Shown: in pieces, positions 48,311 through 61,176 of the stretch
Numbering within the stretch: position 1 is the first letter of the stretch
Layout of the letters: each line of letters begins with the position of its first letter
Notes under the pieces: model-generated
The model's database searches: none
What the model saw: the letters and a program-made list of their open reading frames with translations, nothing else
Told to the model about the DNA's origin: nothing
Assembly: GCA_022843945.1 (NCBI GenBank)
Contig: JALHMR010000007.1
Location: 116,546-180,545, forward strand
From: Rhodospirillaceae bacterium
Lineage (GTDB): Bacteria; Pseudomonadota; Alphaproteobacteria; CACIAM-22H2
Direction: 5' to 3'
DNA: 64,000 bases
Position numbers and translations under genes: made by a program

Positions 48311-49891
48311 TCAGTTCGCGACCGGCGCCTTGCGGGCCTTCGGGCGGTTGTGCTCGCGCTCCCAGGCATCGGCCCGCTCGAGGTACTTCTTGAAGCCCTC
48401 GCCGTGCTCGATCAGCTCGGCTTTGAGCTCCGCCGGCAGCGGTTTGGGATCGTTGTAGTCGTCGACCGGCATCTTGCCGGTGCGCACCTCATCCAGCACG
48501 GCGTCGATGGCGCTTGCCGCATGGTACGGCGTCTGCAGGAGGGTGAGCTTGTTCATCTTGCGATGCCCCTCCGGCTGGTGGCAGACCGTGCAGTCGGCGT
48601 TGCGGAAGGCGATGGCCATCTTGCGATAGCTGGCGTCGAGCTCGTCGAGGTTGGGATTGTCGCCGCTGTACATGCCGGAGAACAGGGTCACCTCGGGTTG
48701 CGCCACGTCCTTGTCGTCACGCCACATCCAGTTGCCCATGAACATCGAGCGCGGCACGTGGGCGTAAGGGCCGCGGCGATCCTCGGAGCCGACATCGGCG
48801 CGATACGAGAAGACGACCTTGCCCTGGGGGTCGATGCGGAAGCGCATCTCGTTGGACTGCTCGTAGGCCAGCCACTTCTTCTCGTTGTGCCAGAACGGGT
48901 AGGGGTAGTGGCCGGGCGGCAGGCCGTTGCGGAAATAGGCCTCGATGCCGATGGTGGTCAGCCCGTCCGGCGCCTTCTGGACGCGAAACTTGCCGGTATA
49001 CATGTAGAGCGACATGTACAGGTCCTGATAGATGTCGCCCCGGAAGACGGAGGTCTTCTTGTCCTTCAGCCAGAAGCGGCTGGGCTGCTGGCCGCCGAAG
49101 AGGATGTGGTAATCGCGGAAGCTGGCCTCGGCGCCCTGGCCGATATTCTTGCGGCAGGAATCATGCGCGGCGACGTCGGCTGGCGAGGCCATCGGGCAGG
49201 CCTTGGCCAGCGAGGCGGCGAGCTCGGCGGCGTACTTGCTGTGGTCGAACTGGGCCTGGGAAAATACAGGGCTGGGCACCAGGGCGATCAGCAGCGCGGC
49301 GCCAACGCCGGCGCGGGCCGCTGACGGCAGGCCGTCGCGCCAGCGGCGGGGCAGCATGGAGCGCAGCACGCCGTCATTGCGCATCATCGAGTGGTAGACG
49401 ATCGCCGCCAGGGCATGCATGACAATCAGGGTCAGGAGGCCGTAGGCGGCCACCTGCTTCCAGCCATAGATCGTCATGGCCAGCTTGCGGTCGTAATAGA
49501 CCGCGCTCGGCATCTCCAGCGCCTCCACGCCCTCGAAGCCGAAGAGGTAGAGGGGCAGGCCCTTGGCGTCGAGATACAGGTAGCCGAGCACCGGCACGGT
49601 AAGTAGCAGCAGGTAGAGCGCCGCGTGCGCCGCTTTGGCGCCGAGCCGCAGGAGCAGGGGGACGCCCGTCTCGGGACGGGGCAGGCGTGCTTTGAAGAGA
49701 CGCCAGAGGAGACGCAGGACCACCACGACGAAGACCGTCGTGCCCAGCGTCTTATGCAGCGCAATCGAGCCTTTGACGATGCCGGGGAACAGGGCGAGGA
49801 CGAAGAGGGCCAGTACCAGGAAGACCGTGATCCAGTGAAAGGCGATGCTGACCGAATCGTAGGTGTTGCCGGCCGCTGTCTGCGTCTGCAT
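48311..49891 (-). CDS. Cytochrome b561 fused to a periplasmic domain with a c-type heme motif
   Basis: N-terminal SIAFHW..LHKTLG..RLLWR..AHAALY..MHALAAIVYH..DGVLRSMLP; extra hydrophobic helix; C-terminal CTVCH and GKMP. Confidence 0.8.
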   Translation of the reverse strand: MQTQTAAGNTYDSVSIAFHWITVFLVLALFVLALFPGIVKGSIALHKTLGTTVFVVVVLRLLWRLFKARLPRPETGVPLLLRLGAKAAHAALYLLLLTVPVLGYLYLDAKGLPLYLFGFEGVEALEMPSAVYYDRKLAMTIYGWKQVAAYGLLTLIVMHALAAIVYHSMMRNDGVLRSMLPRRWRDGLPSAARAGVGAALLIALVPSPVFSQAQFDHSKYAAELAASLAKACPMASPADVAAHDSCRKNIGQGAEASFRDYHILFGGQQPSRFWLKDKKTSVFRGDIYQDLYMSLYMYTGKFRVQKAPDGLTTIGIEAYFRNGLPPGHYPYPFWHNEKKWLAYEQSNEMRFRIDPQGKVVFSYRADVGSEDRRGPYAHVPRSMFMGNWMWRDDKDVAQPEVTLFSGMYSGDNPNLDELDASYRKMAIAFRNADCTVCHQPEGHRKMNKLTLLQTPYHAASAIDAVLDEVRTGKMPVDDYNDPKPLPAELKAELIEHGEGFKKYLERADAWEREHNRPKARKAPVAN

Positions 49892-50093
49892 GCTTCCCCT
49901 CCCATAACTCACGGTAACGCGCGATGCTGCGGGGCGCTGACCTGTGTATGCGTGATGGAGTTCGGCTGTGGCCCCAAATCACCCGCCGTCGCAAGAGTCG
50001 CGCAGATAAGAATTGTAAGCAATGGCTTTGTTCGACGGCGCGCGGGGTCTTGTCGGCGTGGCGCGAGGCGGATCGCTGCGCTACGCTGCACCC

Positions 50094-50585
50094 ATGTCGG
50101 GCAAGCCCGAGATCCATCAGCTTTCCAACCGCGCGCTTCTGCCGCTGCTGGTCTATCGCGGCGTGCTGGCGCTTGACGGCGACGCCGCTTCGGCGTGCGA
50201 AAACCTTTTCGAGAAGCACGGCTGGGGCAACGGCTGGCGCAACGGCATCTTCGGCTACGACCATTTCCACGCCACGGCCCACGAGGTGCTGGGCATCGTG
50301 CGCGGCCGGGTGCGCGTGCGCTTCGGTGGCGATGGCGGCCTGGAAGCAGAGGTTTCGGCCGGCGACGTGGTGGTCATCCCGGCCGGCGTCGCGCATCGCA
50401 ATCTCGGTGCCAGCCGCGATCTCCTGGTGATCGGCGCCTATCCCGGCGGCACGCATCCTGACCGCAACACCGGCACGCCGGACGCGCGCGCGATCGACAC
50501 CGTGATGCGCGTGCCGCAGCCGGCGCAGGACCCGGTCTGCGGGGCCGGTGGCCCGCTGCTCGACGCCTGGAGCGCGGCGCGCTAA
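50094..50585 (+). CDS. Cupin domain protein (YjlB-like)
   Basis: YDHFHATAHEVLG, GDVVVIPAGVAH, GAYP. Confidence 0.85.
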   Translation: MSGKPEIHQLSNRALLPLLVYRGVLALDGDAASACENLFEKHGWGNGWRNGIFGYDHFHATAHEVLGIVRGRVRVRFGGDGGLEAEVSAGDVVVIPAGVAHRNLGASRDLLVIGAYPGGTHPDRNTGTPDARAIDTVMRVPQPAQDPVCGAGGPLLDAWSAAR

Positions 50586-51442
50586 CCCAGTTCCAGGCTG
50601 CTGATACCGAAGATGCCGCGCCGGGCCACGACGGGTGCGGGGCCCATATACATGCGCGCCGTGTCGAACACCGGCGTGAGGCTGAAATTCTCGTAGAGAC
50701 GGCGCGCCGCGGCATTGGGCTCCGGTGCGTCGATGTAGACCGGGCCGCCCACCGCCTGCTCCGCGAGCTTGAGGAACAGCGCTTCGGCCGCCGATTCGTC
50801 GTCGGCGAAAAGCGGGCCGATCCTGTGGCCCTCGCGGCACGGTCGGATGACGCCGTAGCCGGCGAGCGCGCCGTCGCGCTGGAGGGCCACTGCCGAGGTG
50901 CCGGGCCGGGTGGCCCACAGCCGCAGGAAAGCGGGGCGGGGGGCGGGGAAATGCTTGCGGTCGTAAGCCTCGAGGGCGGCGGGCGAGACGCCGGCCAGGG
51001 GCAGCAGCGTGCCGGCGTGGCGGTTGATCTTGGGCAGCGAGCCGAGACGGCCGCCGTAGCGCTGGTTGCGCCAGGCGAGCGCGAATCCGGACTTCTGGTA
51101 GTTGGCCTGCTGCGCCACCACGCCGTCGAGGCCGACCACCGAGCCGTTGGCGCGCATCAGGCCGGCGCGCCAGGTCTTGAGTCCGTAACCGCGGCCGCGG
51201 AACTCCTTCTTCACGATGTAGAAGCCGAGGAAGGCGAAGTCGCCGGGATAGGTGACGACCGAGATGCAGCTCACCGGCTCGCCGTTGCGCTCGCCGACCA
51301 GGAAGCCGTCGGGGTCGGGCGCCAGGAAGCAGGGCGCGTCGTGCAGACCCGGGTTCCAGCCCTCCTCCGCCGCCCAGTCGAGCGCCAGCGCCAGGTCGTC
51401 CGGCCCCATGGTGCGCAGGCTCAGGTCTTCCGGCGCGTTCAT
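50582..51442 (-). CDS. Tandem GNAT N-acetyltransferase
   Basis: WAAEEGWNPG, FRGRGYG, YQKSGF, IGPLFAD. Confidence 0.85.
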   Translation of the reverse strand: MNAPEDLSLRTMGPDDLALALDWAAEEGWNPGLHDAPCFLAPDPDGFLVGERNGEPVSCISVVTYPGDFAFLGFYIVKKEFRGRGYGLKTWRAGLMRANGSVVGLDGVVAQQANYQKSGFALAWRNQRYGGRLGSLPKINRHAGTLLPLAGVSPAALEAYDRKHFPAPRPAFLRLWATRPGTSAVALQRDGALAGYGVIRPCREGHRIGPLFADDESAAEALFLKLAEQAVGGPVYIDAPEPNAAARRLYENFSLTPVFDTARMYMGPAPVVARRGIFGISSLELG

Positions 51443-51509
51443 TCCCCTCGTCCCCCTTATCCGCCTGCGACCGTAGCCGGGCCTTGCGATGGTCGCAAGG
51501 CGCAGAACC

Positions 51510-53117
<1,608 letters not shown>

Positions 53118-53120
53118 CGC

Positions 53121-54989
<1,869 letters not shown>

Positions 54990-55138
54990 GGGAGGCGGCG
55001 TGATAGCACAGACGGGGCGCGGAAGCGACTGCCGGAGTTGGCGTCTAACTATCTGGAAAAACAACTCGATTTTCGTCCTGCGTGCAAAGCCGGACGGCCT
55101 GCCTATACTGGCCCGCGCCATCAAGTCGGGGGAGCGTG

Positions 55139-55792
55139 ATGATGCGAGTCGGGGGACGGGTGCTGCGTGCATGCGTGGTGGGAGCGGCCCTGCTGGCCAG
55201 CGCCTGCACCCATCTTCAGGCGACCATCGATGACCTGCAGCCGCCCCCGGCGCCGGCGCGCGCCGAGGCGCCGCTTCCCGGTACGTATCGCGTGTCCACG
55301 CCCGGCATAGCCGAGCGCAGCATGGTTCTCGTCGGCGAACTAAGGGCGGTCGGTGCCACGCGGGAAGGAACGAAATTCACCGTCACGATCCCCTACGGGG
55401 ATACGCTGCGCAAATCCTTGGAGGCTGGCGTCCGCAGCACGGTCGAAGCGGTGCAGCCAGAGGCTGGCGAGAATGCGGCGCTGATCGAGATCCGGCTGCT
55501 CTCGGCCGGCGGCAGCATCAACTACAGCGGCAACCTGAGCAGCTACAGGCAGAGCGCCTCGGCTTACATGAACTTTGACGTCGAGATCGTCTTGCGCGAC
55601 CGCCTGGGCCGGGAGACGAAAAAGGCCGTCGGGGTGAATACGCCCGGCTACTACTCCTCGTCTTTCTCGGGCGCCTATTTTGCAATCCGCGGTGCGGCGA
55701 AGGATGCAACGGAGAAGGCCATCGCGGCGCTGACGGCCAAGGTGATGGAAGAAGTTGCAGTCCTGTCGCAGAGGACCGTCGAGCTGCGCTAG
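55139..55792 (+). CDS. Hypothetical lipoprotein
   Basis: Signal peptide ending LASAC; RBS GGGGGAG. Confidence 0.6.
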   Translation: MMRVGGRVLRACVVGAALLASACTHLQATIDDLQPPPAPARAEAPLPGTYRVSTPGIAERSMVLVGELRAVGATREGTKFTVTIPYGDTLRKSLEAGVRSTVEAVQPEAGENAALIEIRLLSAGGSINYSGNLSSYRQSASAYMNFDVEIVLRDRLGRETKKAVGVNTPGYYSSSFSGAYFAIRGAAKDATEKAIAALTAKVMEEVAVLSQRTVELR

Positions 55793-56266
55793 CGCGAGCG
55801 CCGGCCGACAGCCGATGCGAGCGCGTCAAGGATCGGCCGCTGTCCCTTGAGGATCTTGGCGTGGGCAGTCTCGAGGTCGAACCAGCCGGCGCGGTCGATT
55901 TCGGGGAAGGCGGCCCGCCGGCCCGATCGCGGCGGCCATTCCATCTCGAACAGGTTGCTTTTGAGCGCCGCCGGGTCAGCCCCGCCTTCGGCCGCCCAGG
56001 CGTGGACGATCTTGCCGCCTGGCTGCTTGAAGGCGCCCAGCGCGTGGAACGGTCCCGCGACCTCGAATCCCGTCTCCTCGCCGAACTCGCGACGGGCGGC
56101 GGCCAGCGGCTCCTCGTCCGCTTCGACCGCTCCCTTGGGAATCGTCCAGGCGCCGTCGTCCTTCTTCTTCCAGAAGGGCCCGCCGGGATGAACGAGGAAA
56201 AGCTCGATCCCTCCCTTGGCGGATCGATAGAGCAAGATACCGGCGCTGATTACTCCGCTTGCTCAT
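55789..56266 (-). pseudogene. NUDIX hydrolase copy 1, frameshifted near the 5' end
   Basis: ATG AGC AAG CGG is out of frame with SAGILLYR by a 7-nt insertion; Nudix box GAVEADEEPLAAARREFGEETG intact. Confidence 0.65.
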
Positions 56267-56719
56267 GGCAACTCATTACCGCAAAAAAGGCCGGGGACAG
56301 AGCGTCAATATGAACAGGGAAAGCGCCCGGCTCGGCGCCTGGCCCGCGATCAAGCGGCGCCCCACGGCGCGCGAGACCTATAGCCGCAGCGGCAAGTTTT
56401 TCATCGTCGATGCGGTCAACTATGGGCTGGTCATCGTGCGCCCCCAGACCTCACCGCCGGAGGTCGAGATCCGCTTTGTCGGCCTGGACAACGCAGTGCG
56501 TCACACACGGACCCTGCGCGCTTCCGTCTAGGTCGTCGTCGACAGGCTGGCGAGCAGCGCGGTTACGATCGCGCGTGAGAGGCGGCGTGACAGCCTGACG
56601 GGCGGCGGTGCGACCGCAGGAATAGGCAGTCTGGCCTACTTTTGGCGCCTGGCCGCTCGCTATCCCGCTGCGCCGGATTTGGAGTGTTGACTCCCCGAAG
56701 GCGGATGTTCCACACTTAA

Positions 56720-56752
56720 TTGTCCGACAAATAATAGTCAGTTGTCCGACAA
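56720..56752. promoter_or_regulatory. Tandem palindromic GntR/FadR-type operator
   Basis: TTGTCCGACAA at 56720-56730 and 56742-56752, upstream of dctP. Confidence 0.75.
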
Positions 56753-56785
56753 TACGTGTCACGGCATCCTCCCAGGGAGAAAACG

Positions 56786-57763
56786 ATGATTTACCGAATT
56801 GCTTTTAGCCTGGTTGCCGCCGCTCTCGGCCTCGCACTGGCCGCCGGCGCCCAGGCCCAGCAGACGCTGCGCATGAGCATCTCCATCCAGCAGAACTCGC
56901 ATTACGGCGTGGCGGTGGACGCCATGGCGCGGGAGATCGAGAGGCGCACCGCCGGGCGCTACAAGATGCAGAACTTCTATGCCAGCGCGCTGGGCGCCGA
57001 GCGCGAGGCGATCGAGGGCGTTCAGCTCGGCACCATCGACCTGACCATGACCTCGACCGGCCCGATCCCCAACTTCGTGCCGGAAGTGTCGATCCTCGAC
57101 ATCCCCTTCCTGTTCCGCGACTACGCCCATGCCCGCGCCGTGCTCGACGGTCCCATCGGCACCGAGATGCTCGGCAAGTTCGACTCCAAGGGCATGAAGG
57201 CGCTCACCTGGGCGGAGAACGGCTTCCGCCACATGACCAACAACAAGCGGCCGGTCCATGCGCCGGCCGACCTCAGCGGCCTGAAGCTGCGCACCATGGA
57301 GAACCCGGTGCATATCCAGGCTTACAAGGGCTTCGGCATCATCCCGACGCCGATGGCGATCAGCGAGGTCTTCACCGCCCTCCAGCAGGGCACGGTCGAC
57401 GGCCAGGAGAACCCGATCTCCTCGATCCAGGGCCAGAAGTTCGACCAGGTGCAGAAGCACCTCTCGCTGACCGGCCACGTCTATTCGCCGGCGGTCATCC
57501 TGATGAACAAGGGCAAGTGGGATGCGCTGCCGGCGGCCGACAAGACAGCCTTCGTCGAAGCCTCCAAGGTGGCGGTCCAGGCCAACCGGGCACGCATCGA
57601 GTCCGACGAGGCGGGCGGCGTGGCCTACTTCCGCTCCAAGGGCATGGAGGTGGTGGAGAACGTCGATCGCGCCAAGTTCCAGGCAGCCCTGGCGCCGGTG
57701 TTCGTCGAGTTCAGCAAGAAGTTCGGCGAAGCGAACATCGCCCGTATCCGCGACTATAAGTAA
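56786..57763 (+). CDS. dctP: TRAP transporter substrate-binding protein
   Basis: Signal peptide, ENGFRHMT, GLKLR, ALQQGTVDGQENP. Confidence 0.93.
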   Translation: MIYRIAFSLVAAALGLALAAGAQAQQTLRMSISIQQNSHYGVAVDAMAREIERRTAGRYKMQNFYASALGAEREAIEGVQLGTIDLTMTSTGPIPNFVPEVSILDIPFLFRDYAHARAVLDGPIGTEMLGKFDSKGMKALTWAENGFRHMTNNKRPVHAPADLSGLKLRTMENPVHIQAYKGFGIIPTPMAISEVFTALQQGTVDGQENPISSIQGQKFDQVQKHLSLTGHVYSPAVILMNKGKWDALPAADKTAFVEASKVAVQANRARIESDEAGGVAYFRSKGMEVVENVDRAKFQAALAPVFVEFSKKFGEANIARIRDYK

Positions 57764-57825
57764 GCAACGAGGCCCGGGTGAGCGCCGACGGTCTCCTCCC
57801 ACCGGCGCCGCACCCCGCCATCGGG

Positions 57826-57862
57826 GGCGCCCGGCCCGCCTCGGCGCGGGCCGGCGCCTTTT
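57826..57862 (+). terminator. Stem-loop between dctP and dctQ
   Basis: GGCGCCCGGCCCGC..GCGGGCCGGCGCC followed by TTTT. Confidence 0.55.
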
Positions 57863-57879
57863 CCTCTATCCTGGCACCC

Positions 57880-58374
57880 ATGAAGGCTACTCTGCTGGCC
57901 GTCGAGCGGCGGACCACCGACCTGGCAATGCGGGCGTCCTGTGCCATGCTGGTCGTCGCGGCCTGCATTGGCATGTACCAGATCATCACGCGGTTCGTGC
58001 TGCATCAGCCGGCCGAGTGGTCCGAGGTCTCGGTGCGGCTGGCGCTGATCTGGATGGTGTTCCTCGGCATTCCCATGGCTTTTCGCGAAGGCGCCATGGT
58101 CTGCGTCGACTTGCTCTACCGGAAGGGCGGCGCGCGCCTGCGCCGCGTGCTCGATACGCTGATCCTGGTCACCAGCCTGACGCTGGTGCTGGTGATCATC
58201 TGGTTCGGTACGGAATATGCCTGGCGGACCCGCTTTCAGACCATTCCGGGGATGGAATCGTTCACCATCATCTGGGGCTACGCGGCGATGCCGGTGGGGG
58301 CGGTCTTCTCGATTCTCTCGATCATCGCCCAGTGGCTGCAGCCCCGCCGCCACGATCTTGAGACGGCGCAATGA
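57880..58374 (+). CDS. dctQ: TRAP transporter small permease
   Basis: Four TM helices, WSEV..LIWMVFLG. Confidence 0.88.
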   Translation: MKATLLAVERRTTDLAMRASCAMLVVAACIGMYQIITRFVLHQPAEWSEVSVRLALIWMVFLGIPMAFREGAMVCVDLLYRKGGARLRRVLDTLILVTSLTLVLVIIWFGTEYAWRTRFQTIPGMESFTIIWGYAAMPVGAVFSILSIIAQWLQPRRHDLETAQ

Positions 58375-58412
58375 CCGCCGGCTGCGCAACCTTGAAGTAG
58401 GACAGGGCTGCC

Positions 58413-59723
58413 ATGGCGACCGCAATGCTCGTGACCATGTGCCTGTGCTTCGCGCTATCGATTTCGGTCGCGGTGTCGATCGGGCTCTCGGCGCTGCTCG
58501 GCGCCTGGCTGTCGAACGTCAACATGCTGATCTCCGTCAAGGAGATGTACGCTTCGATCAACAAGTTCCCGCTGGCCGCCATTCCCTTCTTCATCCTCGC
58601 GGGTAACCTGATGGAGACCGGCGGCATCTCCAAGCGCCTGGTGGATTTCGCCAAGTCGGTGGTGGGCGGCGTGCAGGGCGGGCTGGCGGCGACCTGCGTG
58701 TTGACCTGCATGATCTTCGCCGCGGTGTCCGGCTCGAGCGTCGCCACCACCTTCGCCATCGGCGCCATCTTGATTCCGGCGCTGATTCAGCACGGCTATC
58801 CCCGCAACTACGCGGCGGCGCTGCAGGCGACTTCGGCCGAACTCGGCGTCGTCATACCGCCGTCGATTCCGATGATCATCTTCGGCGTCTCGGCCGAAGT
58901 GTCGATCGGCGAACTGTTCATCGCCGGGTTCGGCCCGGGCATCCTGATCGGTGTGGCGCTGATGATCTTCGTCATCATCTACGCCCGCTTGAAGGGCTAT
59001 GGCAAACGCGACCACGAAGGGCGGCTGCCTCTCCTCACCGCCACCCGCCAGGCTGGGTTTGCCCTGCTCATGCCCGTCATCATTCTCGGCGGCATCTATG
59101 GCGGCATCTTCACCCCCACCGAGGCGTCGGTGATGGCGGTGTTCTATGCCTTGATCGTCGGCATGGTCCTCCACCAGGAGCTGAGCTGGGCCGCCCTGGG
59201 CCCGATCCTGCGAAAATCGGCGGTGTCGTCGGCGGTGATCCTGTTCATCATCGCCAATGCCGGCCTGTTCAGCTACCTGATCACCCGGGCCGGCGTGCCC
59301 GATCAGATCGGCTCTTACCTGCGCGAAGTGCTCGACAGCCCGGCGGTATTCCTTCTCGGCGTGAACGTGGCCTTGTTCATCATCGGCATGTTCATCGAGA
59401 CCTCGGCGTCGATCATCGTCCTGGCACCGATGCTCGTACCGGTGGCCATCAGCTTCGGGATCGACCCCGTGCATTTCGGCCTGATCATGGTGGTCAACCT
59501 GGCTCTGGGCATGATAACGCCGCCGTTCGGGGTCAACCTGTTCGCCGCGTGCACGGTCGCCCGCATCACGCTCGACGAGATCGTGCCCCGCCTGCTGCCT
59601 TTCGTCCTGGTCGTGCTCGGCTGCCTGATGATCATCACCTACGTGCCGTCGATCTCGCTGACCCTGCGCGACTGGGCGTATCCGATGTCGGCGCAAAACG
59701 CCCCGGCGGCGCAGCCGCGCTAG
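58413..59723 (+). CDS. dctM: TRAP transporter large permease
   Basis: AIPFFILAG, SGSSVAT, IPPSIP, TPTEAS, TPPFG. Confidence 0.93.
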   Translation: MATAMLVTMCLCFALSISVAVSIGLSALLGAWLSNVNMLISVKEMYASINKFPLAAIPFFILAGNLMETGGISKRLVDFAKSVVGGVQGGLAATCVLTCMIFAAVSGSSVATTFAIGAILIPALIQHGYPRNYAAALQATSAELGVVIPPSIPMIIFGVSAEVSIGELFIAGFGPGILIGVALMIFVIIYARLKGYGKRDHEGRLPLLTATRQAGFALLMPVIILGGIYGGIFTPTEASVMAVFYALIVGMVLHQELSWAALGPILRKSAVSSAVILFIIANAGLFSYLITRAGVPDQIGSYLREVLDSPAVFLLGVNVALFIIGMFIETSASIIVLAPMLVPVAISFGIDPVHFGLIMVVNLALGMITPPFGVNLFAACTVARITLDEIVPRLLPFVLVVLGCLMIITYVPSISLTLRDWAYPMSAQNAPAAQPR

Positions 59724-60178
59724 GCGAGCGCGGCCAGCAGCGCGGTCACGATCGGGCGCTGTCCTTTCAGGATCTTGATCAGGGCGGTATCGGCGTCGAA
59801 CCAGCCGGCCCGGTCGATTTCCGGGAATGCCGCGCGGCGGCCCGACCGCGGCGGCCATTCCATCTCGAACAGGTTGCTCTTGAGCGCCGCCGGATCGGCG
59901 TCGCCTTCGGCAGCCCAGGCGTGGACGATCTTGCCGCCGGGCTGCCTGAAGGCGCCCAGCGCGCGGAACGGCCCCTCAACCCCAAATCCCGTCTCCTCGC
60001 CGAATTCGCGAAGCGCGGCGGCCAGCGGCTCCTCGTCCGCTTCGACCGCTCCCTTGGGAATCGTCCAGGCGCCGTCGTCCTTGTTCTTCCAGAACGGCCC
60101 GCCGGGATGGACGAGGAACACCTCGGGGCCGTTGCCGCCGCGGCGATGGAGGAGGATGCCTGCGCTTTGCTTGGCCAT
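59720..60178 (-). CDS. NUDIX hydrolase copy 2 (intact)
   Basis: MAKQSAGILL, HPGGPFW, Nudix box, MEWPPRSG..FPEIDR. Confidence 0.88.
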   Translation of the reverse strand: MAKQSAGILLHRRGGNGPEVFLVHPGGPFWKNKDDGAWTIPKGAVEADEEPLAAALREFGEETGFGVEGPFRALGAFRQPGGKIVHAWAAEGDADPAALKSNLFEMEWPPRSGRRAAFPEIDRAGWFDADTALIKILKGQRPIVTALLAALA

Positions 60179-60245
60179 GGTCTGCGATCTTAGCGTTGCA
60201 TCGTCGTCAGGCCGATGGGCGATAAAAGGGGGGAGGAGACGTCCC

Positions 60246-60989
60246 ATCGAGTCGCTGACACCCGCCGCTCTCGCATACTGCGCCATTGTTCTCGTACTCT
60301 CCTACGGCCTGCGCGGCACCGCGGGCTTCGGCAGCGTGGTGGCCATGCCGCTGCTCGCCCTGGTCATCCCGATGAAGATCCTGGTGCCGGCCTGGACGCT
60401 GATGGGCATCGCCTCGTCGCTGACTGTGCTCGGCCGCGACCGGGCGCATATCGTGGTCAGGGACCTGGGCCGCATCCTGCCGGCCTGCATCCTGGGCATC
60501 GGCCTCGGACTCTATGTCTTTGCCACGCTCGACACCGACACCTTGGCGCGGGGATTGGGCATCGCCATCATCCTCTACGGGATGTATTCGCTGTGGAGCG
60601 GCGGCAAGGCCGACCCCGCGCAGCCACGCTCACCGCGCCTCGTCGGTCCGATATCGGGCATCCTCGGCGGCATCACCGGGGCCACCTTCGGCACCATGGC
60701 CAGCCTGTTCTTTGCGGTCTATCTCGACGCGCTGCGTGTCACCAAGGTCCAGTTCCGCGCCACCATGTCGGCGCTGCTGCTCACCCTCGGCACCGTCCGG
60801 GGCCTCGGTTACTACGCGGTGGGAGAGTTCAGCCTCGAGGCCCTGATCCTGTTCGCCGCCGGCCTGCCGCTGATGCTGCTTGGCATGTACCTGGGCGACC
60901 GCATCCACGCCCGGATCAGCGAAAGCGTGTTCCGGCGCCTGGTCAGCGCCATCCTGATCGTCAGCGGCATCGCCCTTCTTATTCGCTGA
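60246..60989 (+). CDS. TauE/SafE membrane protein, probable non-AUG start
   Basis: RGTAGFG motif and hydrophobic repeats; RBS GGAGGAG 7 nt before an in-frame ATC. Confidence 0.75.
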   Translation: MESLTPAALAYCAIVLVLSYGLRGTAGFGSVVAMPLLALVIPMKILVPAWTLMGIASSLTVLGRDRAHIVVRDLGRILPACILGIGLGLYVFATLDTDTLARGLGIAIILYGMYSLWSGGKADPAQPRSPRLVGPISGILGGITGATFGTMASLFFAVYLDALRVTKVQFRATMSALLLTLGTVRGLGYYAVGEFSLEALILFAAGLPLMLLGMYLGDRIHARISESVFRRLVSAILIVSGIALLIR

Positions 60990-61176
60990 GCGCGCGCCGG
61001 GTGACCGGGATCACAGCCGGCCGCCAGCGGGCGGGCTAAGTCACGAATCCGGCACCCTTTCTTCCGCGTGCCCTGTCGGCTATCGTCCCGCTGGCACGGC
61101 ATGGCGGCGGGCAAGGGCGCCGGTCCATGTAACCACGCAATTTGGGGGCCTGCTGCCGATGGCGGCGGGTGCGTCG

